This document shows, piece after piece, positions 8,756-18,399 of a stretch of DNA of 34,396 nt; the stretch's first letter is position 1, and each line of letters starts with the position of its first letter. Location of the stretch: the IMG/VR virus record IMGVR_UViG_3300032270_000633, positions 1 to 34,396 of that record. One strand, 5' to 3'. The position numbers and the translations under genes are program-made. The notes beneath the pieces are model-generated. The model was not told the DNA's origin. It did not search any database and saw only the letters and a program-made list of their open reading frames with translations. Source of the DNA: a virus (Duplodnaviria > Caudoviricetes).

Positions 8756-11700
8756 GCTTTATAACGAAAGCATTTTCATTCTTTAATTTTAACCCTTGGA
8801 CTTTTGCGCTTCAAATGATTGCAAGCACCATATTGTCAAAAGTTTTTGCACCTAGCCCACCAAGTTTATCAAATCAAACACCTGAACCTAATCCTGGCTC
8901 TCGCGCACAAACTCCACCTGCTGGAAATAATAAACTTCCTGTTATTTATGGTCATGCTTGGACAGGCGGTATTATTACAGACCTTTCTATTACTAATGAT
9001 AATCAAACCCTTTATTATGTATTTGCTTTATCTGAAGTAACTAATACAGAATCATCAAGCGTTGGTGGTCCTGATGAAATAACTTTTGGTGATGTTTATT
9101 GGGGTGGAAAAAGATGCGTATTTGATGGCACAGATTTAACTAAAGTAGTTTCACTTCTTGATCCAAGCACAGGTGAAAATCAAGATATATCAGGATATAT
9201 GAATATCTATTTTTATAAAAATGGATCATTTAATCCAGCCAATTCATCAACAAGCGCAGTTGCCGTAATGAGCCAAGCAAATTTGACTTACACTTGGAGC
9301 ATTGATAAAGAAATGACTAATTGCGCTTTTGCAATTATTAAGCTTAAATATTCGCAATCAAGAAATCTTGTAGGTCTTAATGCTACTAATTTTGAAATAA
9401 CTAATTCAAGATCAGCGCCAGGTGATTGTTTTTTAGATTATTTGACTTCTACTCGTTATGGAGCATCAATTCCATTAGCCAATGTTGATACTGCAAGCCT
9501 TACTGCTCTTAATACTTATTCAAATCAAACAATTACTTACACACCTTATGGTGGCGGTTCTGCGACCACAAAAAGATTCGAATTTAATGGCGCTTTAGAT
9601 ACTGCACAAAAGATAATGAAAAACATTCAATCAATGGCGGATTGTTGCGATTGTTTAGTTAAATACAATGAAATTACAGGTCTTTGGGGAGTTATTGTTC
9701 AAAGTCCAACTTATTCTGTAGCTATGGATATTAATGATAGCAACATGATTGGTCCTATTGTAGTTAGTCCTATTGATATTTCAAACTCATTTAATATTAT
9801 TGAATGTAAATTTCCTGATGGCTCTCAACAAGATTCATTTAATGCCGCTACTTTTGATTTAGCAGAATTAAATCCATCTTTAATGTTTCCTAACGAGCCT
9901 GTTAATAAACAATCAGTTAGTCTTTATTTAACCAATAATTCTATTACGGCTCAATACATTGCTAATCGTATGCTTGAAGCGGCAAGGGAAGATTTGCAAT
10001 TACAATGCGAAATTAATTATATTGGGCTTGAATTAGAAGCTGGCGATATTGTTACTGTAACTAATGTTAATTATGGTTGGTCAGCTAAACTATTTAGAAT
10101 ATTAAAAGTTGTTGAAAAATTTGGTGATAATGGAACTGTAACTGCTTCATTAAGTTTATCTGAATATAACCCTGCGGTTTATAACGATTATAATGTTACT
10201 CAATTTACACCTGCTCCTAATACAGGACTTTCTAGCCCTACAACTTTTGGCACAGTTTATGCGCCTGTAATTACTGCTCAATATCCATCTATTGTTAATC
10301 CTGCATTTACAATAAGAATACAAACATCAAGCGCAGGCATTTCAGAATATGCAGAAATATATTATTCAGCATATCAATATCCTACAGACGCTCAACTTAT
10401 ATTTGCAGGAACAACTGAAGTGCAACCTGGTGGCAGTCCTTATGTAGTTAATACTTATATGCCCGATGTTCAATTGTTTAATATACCCGCAGGCGATTGG
10501 TATTTCTTTACTCGCATGGTTAATAATCTTGCATCAAGCAATTATTCTTTGGCTTCATCTAAACTTACATGGCGACCTACAACATTTCAATATACTGAAA
10601 AATATTTATCTGTAGCTTATGCAGACAGTATTGATGGATTAACTAATTTTAGTTTAAGCCCTACAGGTAGGCTCTATTATGGTCTTTACAATAACAATTC
10701 TACAAGCCCATCAACAACACCTTCAGACTATAAATGGTATTTAGCTGATCCAGCTTTTGGCACTAATAAATTCTTATGCTTTATAAATAGAACAGGTCGT
10801 AAATTTAGTTTTGATACAGACTTTGCCGATTATGCTTCAGGCACAGGGCAGTTTGTTCCAACCACTATTGCAGATTTTGATCCTAGATTATGGTCAGCTT
10901 TGCCTGATGGTTCTAATATTATTGATCTTGATAACAAAACAGGTCAATTAATTACTACAGGAACAACTACTACAGGCACAGGACAAGTTAAGGTATCTAA
11001 TACTCAAGATGGTCAATTAATTGCATCTTTAGATCAATTCCTAGACTTTGGTGGTCCAACAACTTACACAGGATCAGCCGCTACAATTACAGTCGATATT
11101 TATGGTCGAGTGGTGGGCTTTACTACACCTGATAATTTTTATATGACTATAGATTATTTTACTGCAACAAGTAATCAAACAGTCTTTTCAGTCACTCGCG
11201 ATTCAACTTATATTCAAGGTCAATGCCTAGTATTTTTAAATGGTTGTTTATTATCTGATACAGAATATACCGATACAAGTGGTTCAACAGGCACAGTTAC
11301 TTTATCAACAGGCGCAACATTAAACGATATAGTAACTATATATTCAATGAGAGCTATATCTAACGGCAATTATTATGATAATACTCATCTTAATGTAGCA
11401 AGTGTATCGGGTGCAAATGTTACTTGGAATATTGCTGAAATGCCATTTCAATTAATTAGAGCTGGCGATATTATAACTTTTAGTAATAGTGGCACACCAA
11501 CTCAATATACTGTATCAAGTGTTAATTATGGCACTCAAACTATTACATTTACTACTTCACCTACAGGTTTAACGGCTGGCGATCCTATATATACTTACAG
11601 AGCTTCAGGATCAAGCTATCCTGTATTTAGTCGATTTGAAGCTACATTAACTTCAGCTTCAGCATATACGCCTACTGATTGGCAATTTAATTCAGGATAT

Positions 11701-12057
11701 GAATTGCCATTTTATAATGGAACTATTGTTCCTGATGCTGATTATGATATTGTAGGCAATACTTATACAAATATCCCTGCCGTATCCGATGGGCTTTTAA
11801 CTATTATTCAATTTAGCGGAAACAATACAACAACACCTACGGGAACAATGCAAAATGTAATTACTTATGCAAGTGTAGGACAAACTTATTATTCATTTAA
11901 TTTTACAAGTGGGGCTTTAGGAATTTATGCAAATGGTGTATTATATGAAGGCGGTGTGGATTATACGACTTCTACTAATAGCTATACATTAACAAATAGC
12001 CCTACAGAATCGTTTTTAATTCAACAACAAACATTCGCTCGCGCAGGTGCGGCATAA
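8752..12057 (+). CDS. Tail tip attachment / host-specificity protein (gpJ-like)
   Basis: 1101 aa; KLPVIYG, PGDCFLDYLTSTRYGA, LELEAGDIVTV and LSEYNPAVY motifs; Thr/Ser-rich beta C-terminal domains. Confidence 0.85.
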   Translation: MSFITKAFSFFNFNPWTFALQMIASTILSKVFAPSPPSLSNQTPEPNPGSRAQTPPAGNNKLPVIYGHAWTGGIITDLSITNDNQTLYYVFALSEVTNTESSSVGGPDEITFGDVYWGGKRCVFDGTDLTKVVSLLDPSTGENQDISGYMNIYFYKNGSFNPANSSTSAVAVMSQANLTYTWSIDKEMTNCAFAIIKLKYSQSRNLVGLNATNFEITNSRSAPGDCFLDYLTSTRYGASIPLANVDTASLTALNTYSNQTITYTPYGGGSATTKRFEFNGALDTAQKIMKNIQSMADCCDCLVKYNEITGLWGVIVQSPTYSVAMDINDSNMIGPIVVSPIDISNSFNIIECKFPDGSQQDSFNAATFDLAELNPSLMFPNEPVNKQSVSLYLTNNSITAQYIANRMLEAAREDLQLQCEINYIGLELEAGDIVTVTNVNYGWSAKLFRILKVVEKFGDNGTVTASLSLSEYNPAVYNDYNVTQFTPAPNTGLSSPTTFGTVYAPVITAQYPSIVNPAFTIRIQTSSAGISEYAEIYYSAYQYPTDAQLIFAGTTEVQPGGSPYVVNTYMPDVQLFNIPAGDWYFFTRMVNNLASSNYSLASSKLTWRPTTFQYTEKYLSVAYADSIDGLTNFSLSPTGRLYYGLYNNNSTSPSTTPSDYKWYLADPAFGTNKFLCFINRTGRKFSFDTDFADYASGTGQFVPTTIADFDPRLWSALPDGSNIIDLDNKTGQLITTGTTTTGTGQVKVSNTQDGQLIASLDQFLDFGGPTTYTGSAATITVDIYGRVVGFTTPDNFYMTIDYFTATSNQTVFSVTRDSTYIQGQCLVFLNGCLLSDTEYTDTSGSTGTVTLSTGATLNDIVTIYSMRAISNGNYYDNTHLNVASVSGANVTWNIAEMPFQLIRAGDIITFSNSGTPTQYTVSSVNYGTQTITFTTSPTGLTAGDPIYTYRASGSSYPVFSRFEATLTSASAYTPTDWQFNSGYELPFYNGTIVPDADYDIVGNTYTNIPAVSDGLLTIIQFSGNNTTTPTGTMQNVITYASVGQTYYSFNFTSGALGIYANGVLYEGGVDYTTSTNSYTLTNSPTESFLIQQQTFARAGAA

Positions 12058-12066
12058 GGGGAAAAG

Positions 12067-12903
12067 ATGACACAAGCATTTAATTTAAGTCAATTAGCTA
12101 ACAAAGTAAATACTTCAGGTCAGCTTGATGTAGCTACAGGATCAACAGGCACATTAGCCGTTGGAAATGGCGGCACAGGTCAAACTACCTATACAAATGG
12201 TCAATTGCTTATTGGAAATTCTACAGGCAATACACTTACTAAAGCTACAATTACTGCTGGCACAGGCATATCAGTTACTAATGGAGCTGGATCAATTACT
12301 ATTGCCAATACTTCAGCAGGTGGCAATTTACAAATGCAAGTATTTACATCGCCTGGAACTTGGACTGCTCCAGCTTCAACTACTACTGCAAGAGTTACAA
12401 TTTTTGGTGGTGGCGGTGGTGGTGCAGGCGGTCAAAGTTCAATCCCATCCCGAACAGGTGGCAATGGCGGAGCAGGTGGAATAGCAACTGTATTAGTTAC
12501 AGGATTGTCAGGATCATATCCTATAACTATAGGATCAGGTGGAGCGGCTTCATCATCAGGCGGAACTTCATCTTTTTCAAGTTTAATTTCAGCTACAGGT
12601 GGCGGTGGCGGCGCACCAAATGTTTCCCACGGATCGCCTGGAACTATTACTATTTCAAGTGGAACTGCTATAAGAAATAATAGCGCTATGTCTAATTTTA
12701 CGCCAGCTCCTTTTCCTTCAAATTCTTCATGGTTTAACAATGGTGGTCAATTTGCACAAGGATGGGCTAATACTACAGGCGGAACTAGCGCAATAGCTTA
12801 TTCTACTACAGGCAATTATGGCGCTGGCGCATTCGGTATTGGAAATCAATCTAGTGGAAATGGTGGCGTTGGCGGTGCAGTTATTGTAGAATTTATTGGA
12901 TAA
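12067..12903 (+). CDS. Glycine-rich tail fibre / receptor-binding protein
   Basis: LAVGNGGTG fibre motif; FTSPGTWTAP...GGGGGG...GGVGGAVIVE glycine-rich domain. Confidence 0.75.
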   Translation: MTQAFNLSQLANKVNTSGQLDVATGSTGTLAVGNGGTGQTTYTNGQLLIGNSTGNTLTKATITAGTGISVTNGAGSITIANTSAGGNLQMQVFTSPGTWTAPASTTTARVTIFGGGGGGAGGQSSIPSRTGGNGGAGGIATVLVTGLSGSYPITIGSGGAASSSGGTSSFSSLISATGGGGGAPNVSHGSPGTITISSGTAIRNNSAMSNFTPAPFPSNSSWFNNGGQFAQGWANTTGGTSAIAYSTTGNYGAGAFGIGNQSSGNGGVGGAVIVEFIG

Positions 12904-12918
12904 TAAGAAAGGATAAAT

Positions 12919-13236
12919 ATGAAAAATGCTTTGATATCACCAAATGAATCACCCATTCAATATATTTCAGGATGGACAACGGATACACCACCTGAACCTA
13001 TTTATACAAATATTTCAGATTCATGCAGAGTAGCTGAAGTTGAAACACAGACTTTTCAAGTGTCGCCACCTTTATTTTGGACAGAATGTTCCGATGATGT
13101 AAAAGCAGATAAATATTACTATAATACTATTGATGAGCAAATTTATCCCGTTCCTGAACCAGCGCCATATCCAAATACTTTAAATGATAATTTGCCACCC
13201 GAACAAGATTTAAATGTTAATCAAACAATTTCTTAA
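12919..13236 (+). CDS. Hypothetical protein, probable fibre-associated/assembly factor
   Basis: Follows the Gly-rich fibre; AAGGA RBS; Pro/acidic C-terminus; LFWTEC...KYYY motif. Confidence 0.5.
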   Translation: MKNALISPNESPIQYISGWTTDTPPEPIYTNISDSCRVAEVETQTFQVSPPLFWTECSDDVKADKYYYNTIDEQIYPVPEPAPYPNTLNDNLPPEQDLNVNQTIS

Positions 13237-13693
13237 TGATGAAGAAAAAAATGACATTTTAAATTTTATAGAAACAACACAAGATAAAGACTATATAAAA
13301 GTTCCAGGTTTTGATGCTTCAATTTTTCATATATTAGAGCATAAAAATATATTTCAATTTATTGCTAATAAAATAAATTGTTATAATAAAAATTATAGAA
13401 CAATATGGGAAAACTCATTTATAGTAAAAATAAAGCCAAATGGTTTTATTTCTGTTCATATTGATGATTCACCTATAAATTGTAATATACTGATACAAAA
13501 GCCTGAAAATGGCGGCGATTTATTAGTAGAAAATACTAAAATAATTACAAATGAAAAAGATGCCTATTTTTTAAATCCAAATAAAAAACATGGTATATCG
13601 ACAATAACAGGCAATAAATGTTATTATTCTGTTGTAATATGTAATAAAATAATTGAAAAGACAATATATGATACCTACCTCAATAATAGATAA
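13214..13693 (+). CDS. 2OG-Fe(II) oxygenase (DSBH fold)
   Basis: H-x-D (VHIDD), GGDL and distal His (KKHGI). Confidence 0.7.
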   Translation: MLIKQFLNDEEKNDILNFIETTQDKDYIKVPGFDASIFHILEHKNIFQFIANKINCYNKNYRTIWENSFIVKIKPNGFISVHIDDSPINCNILIQKPENGGDLLVENTKIITNEKDAYFLNPNKKHGISTITGNKCYYSVVICNKIIEKTIYDTYLNNR

Positions 13694-14306
13694 TTTCTTT
13701 GAATCACCTCAATTAATTAGAGATTATGCTTTATCTTTGGAATTTTCAAAAATATATGGAAATTATCCAGGTGTTAGAACTAACCAAATTTCAGATATAA
13801 ATAATCAATTATTTAATTTAATACTTAAAAAAATTCATAGTGCATTTTTTGGATCGTCAGACAAAATTGGAATAGTTTGTGATTCTTATTTTCAATTAAT
13901 TGATAGCTCTTTTGAAGGTGGTTGGTTTCATCAAGATACTGATTATCATATAGCGGGCGTTATCTATCTAAATCCTGAAGCACCATTAAATGGCGGAACT
14001 ATTATTGGTCAAAATGCCAAACCTTTTGATGCTGAAAAATACAAATTTAGAGATGATTTTTATAAAAATAAAGATATTGATTTAACATCTTATAGGCAAA
14101 TAAAAGATGGATTTAATGATTGCTTTAATGAAACATTAATTGTAAATAATATATTTAATAGAGCTTTAATTTATGATTCAAAAAAGTTTCATAGAGAGAA
14201 TAAATTTTTTGGGAAAACAAAAGAAGATTCAAGGCTTACATTAATATTTTTTATTAGGTTTGTTATGGAAGATTCATTTCCGCCAATGATTAGATGTAAT
14301 TTATAA
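13668..14306 (+). CDS. 2OG-Fe(II) oxygenase-like protein (DUF6445-like)
   Basis: IIDNFF, YPGVRT, H-x-D (FHQD), AGVIYLNP, FNRALIY, distal His (KFH) and RLTLIFF. ATG 13668 preferred over TTG 13653. Confidence 0.75.
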   Translation: MIPTSIIDNFFESPQLIRDYALSLEFSKIYGNYPGVRTNQISDINNQLFNLILKKIHSAFFGSSDKIGIVCDSYFQLIDSSFEGGWFHQDTDYHIAGVIYLNPEAPLNGGTIIGQNAKPFDAEKYKFRDDFYKNKDIDLTSYRQIKDGFNDCFNETLIVNNIFNRALIYDSKKFHRENKFFGKTKEDSRLTLIFFIRFVMEDSFPPMIRCNL

Positions 14307-14309
14307 AAT

Positions 14310-15878
14310 ATGACAATACAAGATAAATGGATTATTGGTGTTAATAGACATCATAACGCTTCTACTTGCCTTCTTAAAAATGGTGAAATTGTTTTTCACA
14401 TTGAAGAAGAACGATTTACTAAATACAAAAAAGATGGCAATCCTTATTTTTCATTAAGAAAAGTGTTTGAATATACCGATAAAATTGATTATTTAGCTAT
14501 TACGGGTTTTTGCCCAATGCCTAAAGTTGATTATAATGGTTCAGATATGAATTTTATTAATCTTCTTGTTTTAAAAGAATTAAAAAAAAATAATGATAAT
14601 TTTGTTTGTATTGATTTATCTTATTTTCATCATCAAATGCACGCGGCTAATGCTTTTTATGCTTCAGGTTTTGAGAGTTCTATTTGTGTTGTAGTTGATG
14701 GGGCAGGCTCTTATGTTAATGAAAATATACAAGAAATTGAATCAATTTATTATTTAGAATATCCCGCAAAAGCTACTTTATTATATAAAAAAACTAATGA
14801 AAATAATATATTAAGTAATGGAACTATGTTTGAAGGTATTTCCCGTTATTTAGGGTTTGATAGTTTTGATGCTGGTAAAACTATGGGATTATCATCTTAT
14901 GGCAAATTTAATGAAAAAGTGCCACAAAAAATTGATAGTTCAATGTTTGTAAATCAAGAATTTAATATTGAGTGTCTAAATAAAGACTTTCAAACAATGG
15001 CAGATTTAGCTTATGCTTTACAAAAAACCACTCAAAACAATGTCCTTGAATTAATTAAAAAAGCTTTATCTTTAAAAGATTGTAAAAATCTTTGTATTAG
15101 TGGCGGTTATGGTCTTAATTGTGTAGCTAATTATTATTATTTAGATCATCTTCCTACAGATATTAATATCTATATTGATCCAATTGCTAGTGATGCAGGA
15201 ACAAGCATAGGAGCGGCTAAAACAATTTGGCATGAAATTAGTAATGATTCCACTATTAGAAAACAAGAATCAATTTATTTAGGTCCTAAACCATCTTATG
15301 ATTTTAAACTTGCTGATAATGAATCTATTAAAGACATATCTTATAAAGAAATAATTGATCTTATTACTAATCAAAATATTGTAGCTTTATATCAAGGAAA
15401 TGCTGAAAGTGGTCCTAGAGCTTTGGGAAATAGAACTTTATTATTTGATCCAAGAGTTAAAAATGGAAAAGATATAGTTAATTCTATTAAGCGCAGAGAA
15501 GAATTTAGACCTTTTGCAGGTGCAATATTAGAAGAATATGCTCACGATTGGTTTGATTTTAAAGGGCAAAAAAATTCACCATTTATGATGTATGCCGTAA
15601 ATGTAAAAAAAGAAAAAGAATTATTAATACCTAGTATTATTCATATTGATGGAACTTGCAGAATACAAACTATTACACAAAAACAAAACATTCATTTTTA
15701 TAATTTAATAAAAGAATTTTATAATATAACCAATGTTCCTATATTGTTTAACACAAGCTTTAATTTGGCTGGCGATCCTTTGGTTGAAACAATCGAAGAT
15801 GCTTTAATAACTTTAAGAAAATCCAATATAAAATATTTATATTTGCCTGAATTAGGAAAATTAATTTTAAAAGGATAA
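14310..15878 (+). CDS. O-carbamoyltransferase, NodU/CmcH/TobZ family
   Basis: EEERF, HHxxHA, VVDGAG, GKTMGLSSYG, SGGYGLNCVAN, DAGTSIGAA, GPRALGNRT, KRREEFRPFA, HIDGTCRIQT and NTSFN motifs. Confidence 0.95.
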   Translation: MTIQDKWIIGVNRHHNASTCLLKNGEIVFHIEEERFTKYKKDGNPYFSLRKVFEYTDKIDYLAITGFCPMPKVDYNGSDMNFINLLVLKELKKNNDNFVCIDLSYFHHQMHAANAFYASGFESSICVVVDGAGSYVNENIQEIESIYYLEYPAKATLLYKKTNENNILSNGTMFEGISRYLGFDSFDAGKTMGLSSYGKFNEKVPQKIDSSMFVNQEFNIECLNKDFQTMADLAYALQKTTQNNVLELIKKALSLKDCKNLCISGGYGLNCVANYYYLDHLPTDINIYIDPIASDAGTSIGAAKTIWHEISNDSTIRKQESIYLGPKPSYDFKLADNESIKDISYKEIIDLITNQNIVALYQGNAESGPRALGNRTLLFDPRVKNGKDIVNSIKRREEFRPFAGAILEEYAHDWFDFKGQKNSPFMMYAVNVKKEKELLIPSIIHIDGTCRIQTITQKQNIHFYNLIKEFYNITNVPILFNTSFNLAGDPLVETIEDALITLRKSNIKYLYLPELGKLILKG

Positions 15879-15881
15879 AGT

Positions 15882-17018
15882 ATGACAATACAAGAATTTA
15901 AAGATAATGGTTATGTTCATATTAAAAATGTATTGGATGAACAATCGTGCAAGAATTTAACTGAATATTTAAAAGATTTAGTTAAAGAACAACAAACATT
16001 TAAAGATCCACAATGTCCTAATTCTGAATCAATACATGGTGCGGAACAATTCGATTTACTTCTTGAAGCATTAACACCTTATTTTGAAGAAAAGTTAGGA
16101 TTAAAACTTTATCCCACTTATTCCTATGCTCGTCTTTATACAAAGCAAGGTGAAGAATTAAAAAATCATAGAGATAGACCAGCTTGTGAAATATCTGCCA
16201 CTATTACTTTAGGTTTTGAAGGTGATGTTTGGTCAATTTATATGAGCGATAATGAAGATAAAACCAATAGCTCTAAAATTGATATGGCTATTGGCGATGC
16301 AGTTCTTTATAAAGGCAAAGAAAAATGGCATTGGCGTGAGCCTTATTTTGAAGGACAATGGCAAGCTCAAGTATTTCTTCATTATGTCGATCAAAATGGA
16401 CCTTATGCAGAATGGAAATATGATAAAAGAGAATCTTTAATTACAAAAAAAGACAATAAATTAAAAGCTTTAGATGTTTGTTATACCATGCACAATGCTT
16501 TATCTAATAATTTTTGCGATATGATTATTAATGAATATGCAAAAGATGAGGTAGAAAAAGAATTGCCATTTATTGGCGAGGGTAGAGATTTAGAAAAGAA
16601 TATTAATCTTGACATTAGAAATGTATTAAGACTTCCGCTTCCCATGAATCAAGGTGTAGGCGCAACACTTACTTCATGCGCTTTAAATTTAAATTATGAA
16701 TTTTGGAAATTTGATATTACACATTCAAATCAAACAGAATTTTTAATGTATGATATTAATGGTAAATATGAAGCTCATACTGATACTTTTCATCAGCATG
16801 GCACAGAAACAAGAAAATTAACTGCATTAGCAATTCTTAATGATAATTTTGAGGGTGGAAAGTTTTTTATTCAAAATGGACATGAAAAGATATATCCACC
16901 ACAAGCTAAAGGTAGTGTTATTGTATTTCCTTCTTTTATGGTGCATGGCGTAGAACCTGTAACAAAAGGAAAAAGATTTACAGTTGTTACATGGTTAGTT
17001 GGACCTTATTTTAAATAA
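15882..17018 (+). CDS. Tandem two-domain 2OG-Fe(II) oxygenase (C-domain prolyl-4-hydroxylase/PKHD-like)
   Basis: N-domain PTYSYARLY, HRDRPACEIS, HWREP. C-domain HTD, RKLT, FEGG, FPSFMVHGVEPVTKGKR. Confidence 0.88.
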   Translation: MTIQEFKDNGYVHIKNVLDEQSCKNLTEYLKDLVKEQQTFKDPQCPNSESIHGAEQFDLLLEALTPYFEEKLGLKLYPTYSYARLYTKQGEELKNHRDRPACEISATITLGFEGDVWSIYMSDNEDKTNSSKIDMAIGDAVLYKGKEKWHWREPYFEGQWQAQVFLHYVDQNGPYAEWKYDKRESLITKKDNKLKALDVCYTMHNALSNNFCDMIINEYAKDEVEKELPFIGEGRDLEKNINLDIRNVLRLPLPMNQGVGATLTSCALNLNYEFWKFDITHSNQTEFLMYDINGKYEAHTDTFHQHGTETRKLTALAILNDNFEGGKFFIQNGHEKIYPPQAKGSVIVFPSFMVHGVEPVTKGKRFTVVTWLVGPYFK

Positions 17019-17563
17019 TGAATAATTTTATAGGACAATATTTTTTAGAAGATATATCTATTTGTGATAAATTAATTAATTATCACAAAAATAGCAATAA
17101 TAAATATGCTGGTAGAACTGGAAATGAAATTTGTATTAAAGAAAAAATTTCAACAGATGTAGTGTTAAATGAAAATGATGAAATATTTAATGAATATTCC
17201 TATCAGTTTCAATTAATGTTAAACAAATATATTAACGATTATCCTATGTGTAACGCATATAAGCCTTTTGGTCTTATAGAAAAAATTAATCTTCAGCATT
17301 ATAAACCAAATGAAGGTTTTTTTGTTTATCATTGTGAAAGATCAAACTTGCAAAGCTCTAGTAGGCATTTAACTTGGATTACATATTTAAATGATGTAAA
17401 TGACGCTGGCGAAACTGAATTTTTGCATCAAAAATTAAAAATTAAGCCAAAAAAAGGATTAACAATAATATTTCCTGTAGATTGGACTTTTACTCATAAA
17501 GGTATAACCTCACCTACTGAAGAAAAATATATTGCAACAAGTTGGTTGTCTTATTTAAAATAA
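17018..17563 (+). CDS. 2OG-Fe(II) oxygenase
   Basis: H-x-E (YHCER), YLNDV..GETEF, FPVDWTFTHKG and EKYIATSW motifs. Confidence 0.88.
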   Translation: MNNFIGQYFLEDISICDKLINYHKNSNNKYAGRTGNEICIKEKISTDVVLNENDEIFNEYSYQFQLMLNKYINDYPMCNAYKPFGLIEKINLQHYKPNEGFFVYHCERSNLQSSSRHLTWITYLNDVNDAGETEFLHQKLKIKPKKGLTIIFPVDWTFTHKGITSPTEEKYIATSWLSYLK

Positions 17564-17571
17564 GATATAAT
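17549..17571 (+). promoter_or_regulatory. Inverted repeat abutting TATAAT (possible operator/promoter for the fibre genes)
   Basis: TCTTATTT-A-AAATAAGA (17549-17565) immediately followed by TATAAT (17566-17571). Confidence 0.35.
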
Positions 17572-17644
17572 AACCTATCTAATAAGATAAGACCATTCGC
17601 CTTCTGTAAGCATATAGGGGCGTTATTTACCTAGTGAGGAAAAC

Positions 17645-18124
17645 ATGGCTATCTTTAACAAAAACACACTTCAGCAAGTAAGTGGGTTCTCTAATGAAAT
17701 TATTGCAGGCGAATTGGTATATAACCAATCAACCTATTGGAATCTAAACCTTGCCACAGACGGAACGCCTGTTGATTTAACAGGTGCTACCATTAGCGCA
17801 TCAATTATCCGCAGACAATTATCCAATATTAATGATAGTCGTTATGGCTTAACTTTTGACATAGCGGACTATACTCCACCGCCTAGCCCTGTATCTTTAA
17901 CTATTGCAAACAGAGATGATGAAGCTGGTTCTTTTACCCTTGTCATTAATCAAAGCACTTGGGATATTATTAGCTCTGATCCTCAACTAGATATTAACGC
18001 TGAAAACTGTGTAGGCTTTTCAGGTCGCATTAAAATATCTTTTCCTGCAAGCGGAGCTACACCTGCGGAAGATCAAATTGTATTCTTACTATTCCTTGTG
18101 AGGTCAGATGGAGTAGTAAACTAA
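17645..18124 (+). CDS. Fibre anchor / baseplate-associated structural protein (putative)
   Basis: GAGG RBS; DGTPVDLTGATISASIIR motif seen in BppU-like adaptors; precedes the fibres. Confidence 0.5.
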   Translation: MAIFNKNTLQQVSGFSNEIIAGELVYNQSTYWNLNLATDGTPVDLTGATISASIIRRQLSNINDSRYGLTFDIADYTPPPSPVSLTIANRDDEAGSFTLVINQSTWDIISSDPQLDINAENCVGFSGRIKISFPASGATPAEDQIVFLLFLVRSDGVVN

Positions 18125-18388
18125 ATGGATATCACATTACAAACAAACAACAATATTGATATTGCTTTAACACCTCAACAACCTGTAAGCGTAAATGTTA
18201 CACCTGCGCCTACTCAAACACTTAATATTAGTAGAGGTGTAGCAGGACCACCAGGACCAAATACCATAGGCGGATATCCAATATCAGTAGCAACACCACA
18301 AGATTATGATGCCCTAATGTTTAGAACAGTTTTAGGAGCTTGGACAAATATCAATCAGACTGAAATATCTGATGGCGGCAATTTTTAA
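18125..18388 (+). CDS. Small fibre-linker protein
   Basis: Short GVA-GPP-GPN collagen-like stretch; C-terminal DGGNF. Confidence 0.5.
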   Translation: MDITLQTNNNIDIALTPQQPVSVNVTPAPTQTLNISRGVAGPPGPNTIGGYPISVATPQDYDALMFRTVLGAWTNINQTEISDGGNF

Positions 18389-18399
18389 AGGAGCAATAA

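Noticed and set aside
14310-15878. Confident call of DNA hypermodification (carbamoylated hmC)
   Set aside because: No cytosine methylase, hydroxymethylase or DNA polymerase is seen, the gene lies in a structural operon, and restriction sites appear avoided. Kept only as an alternative hypothesis.
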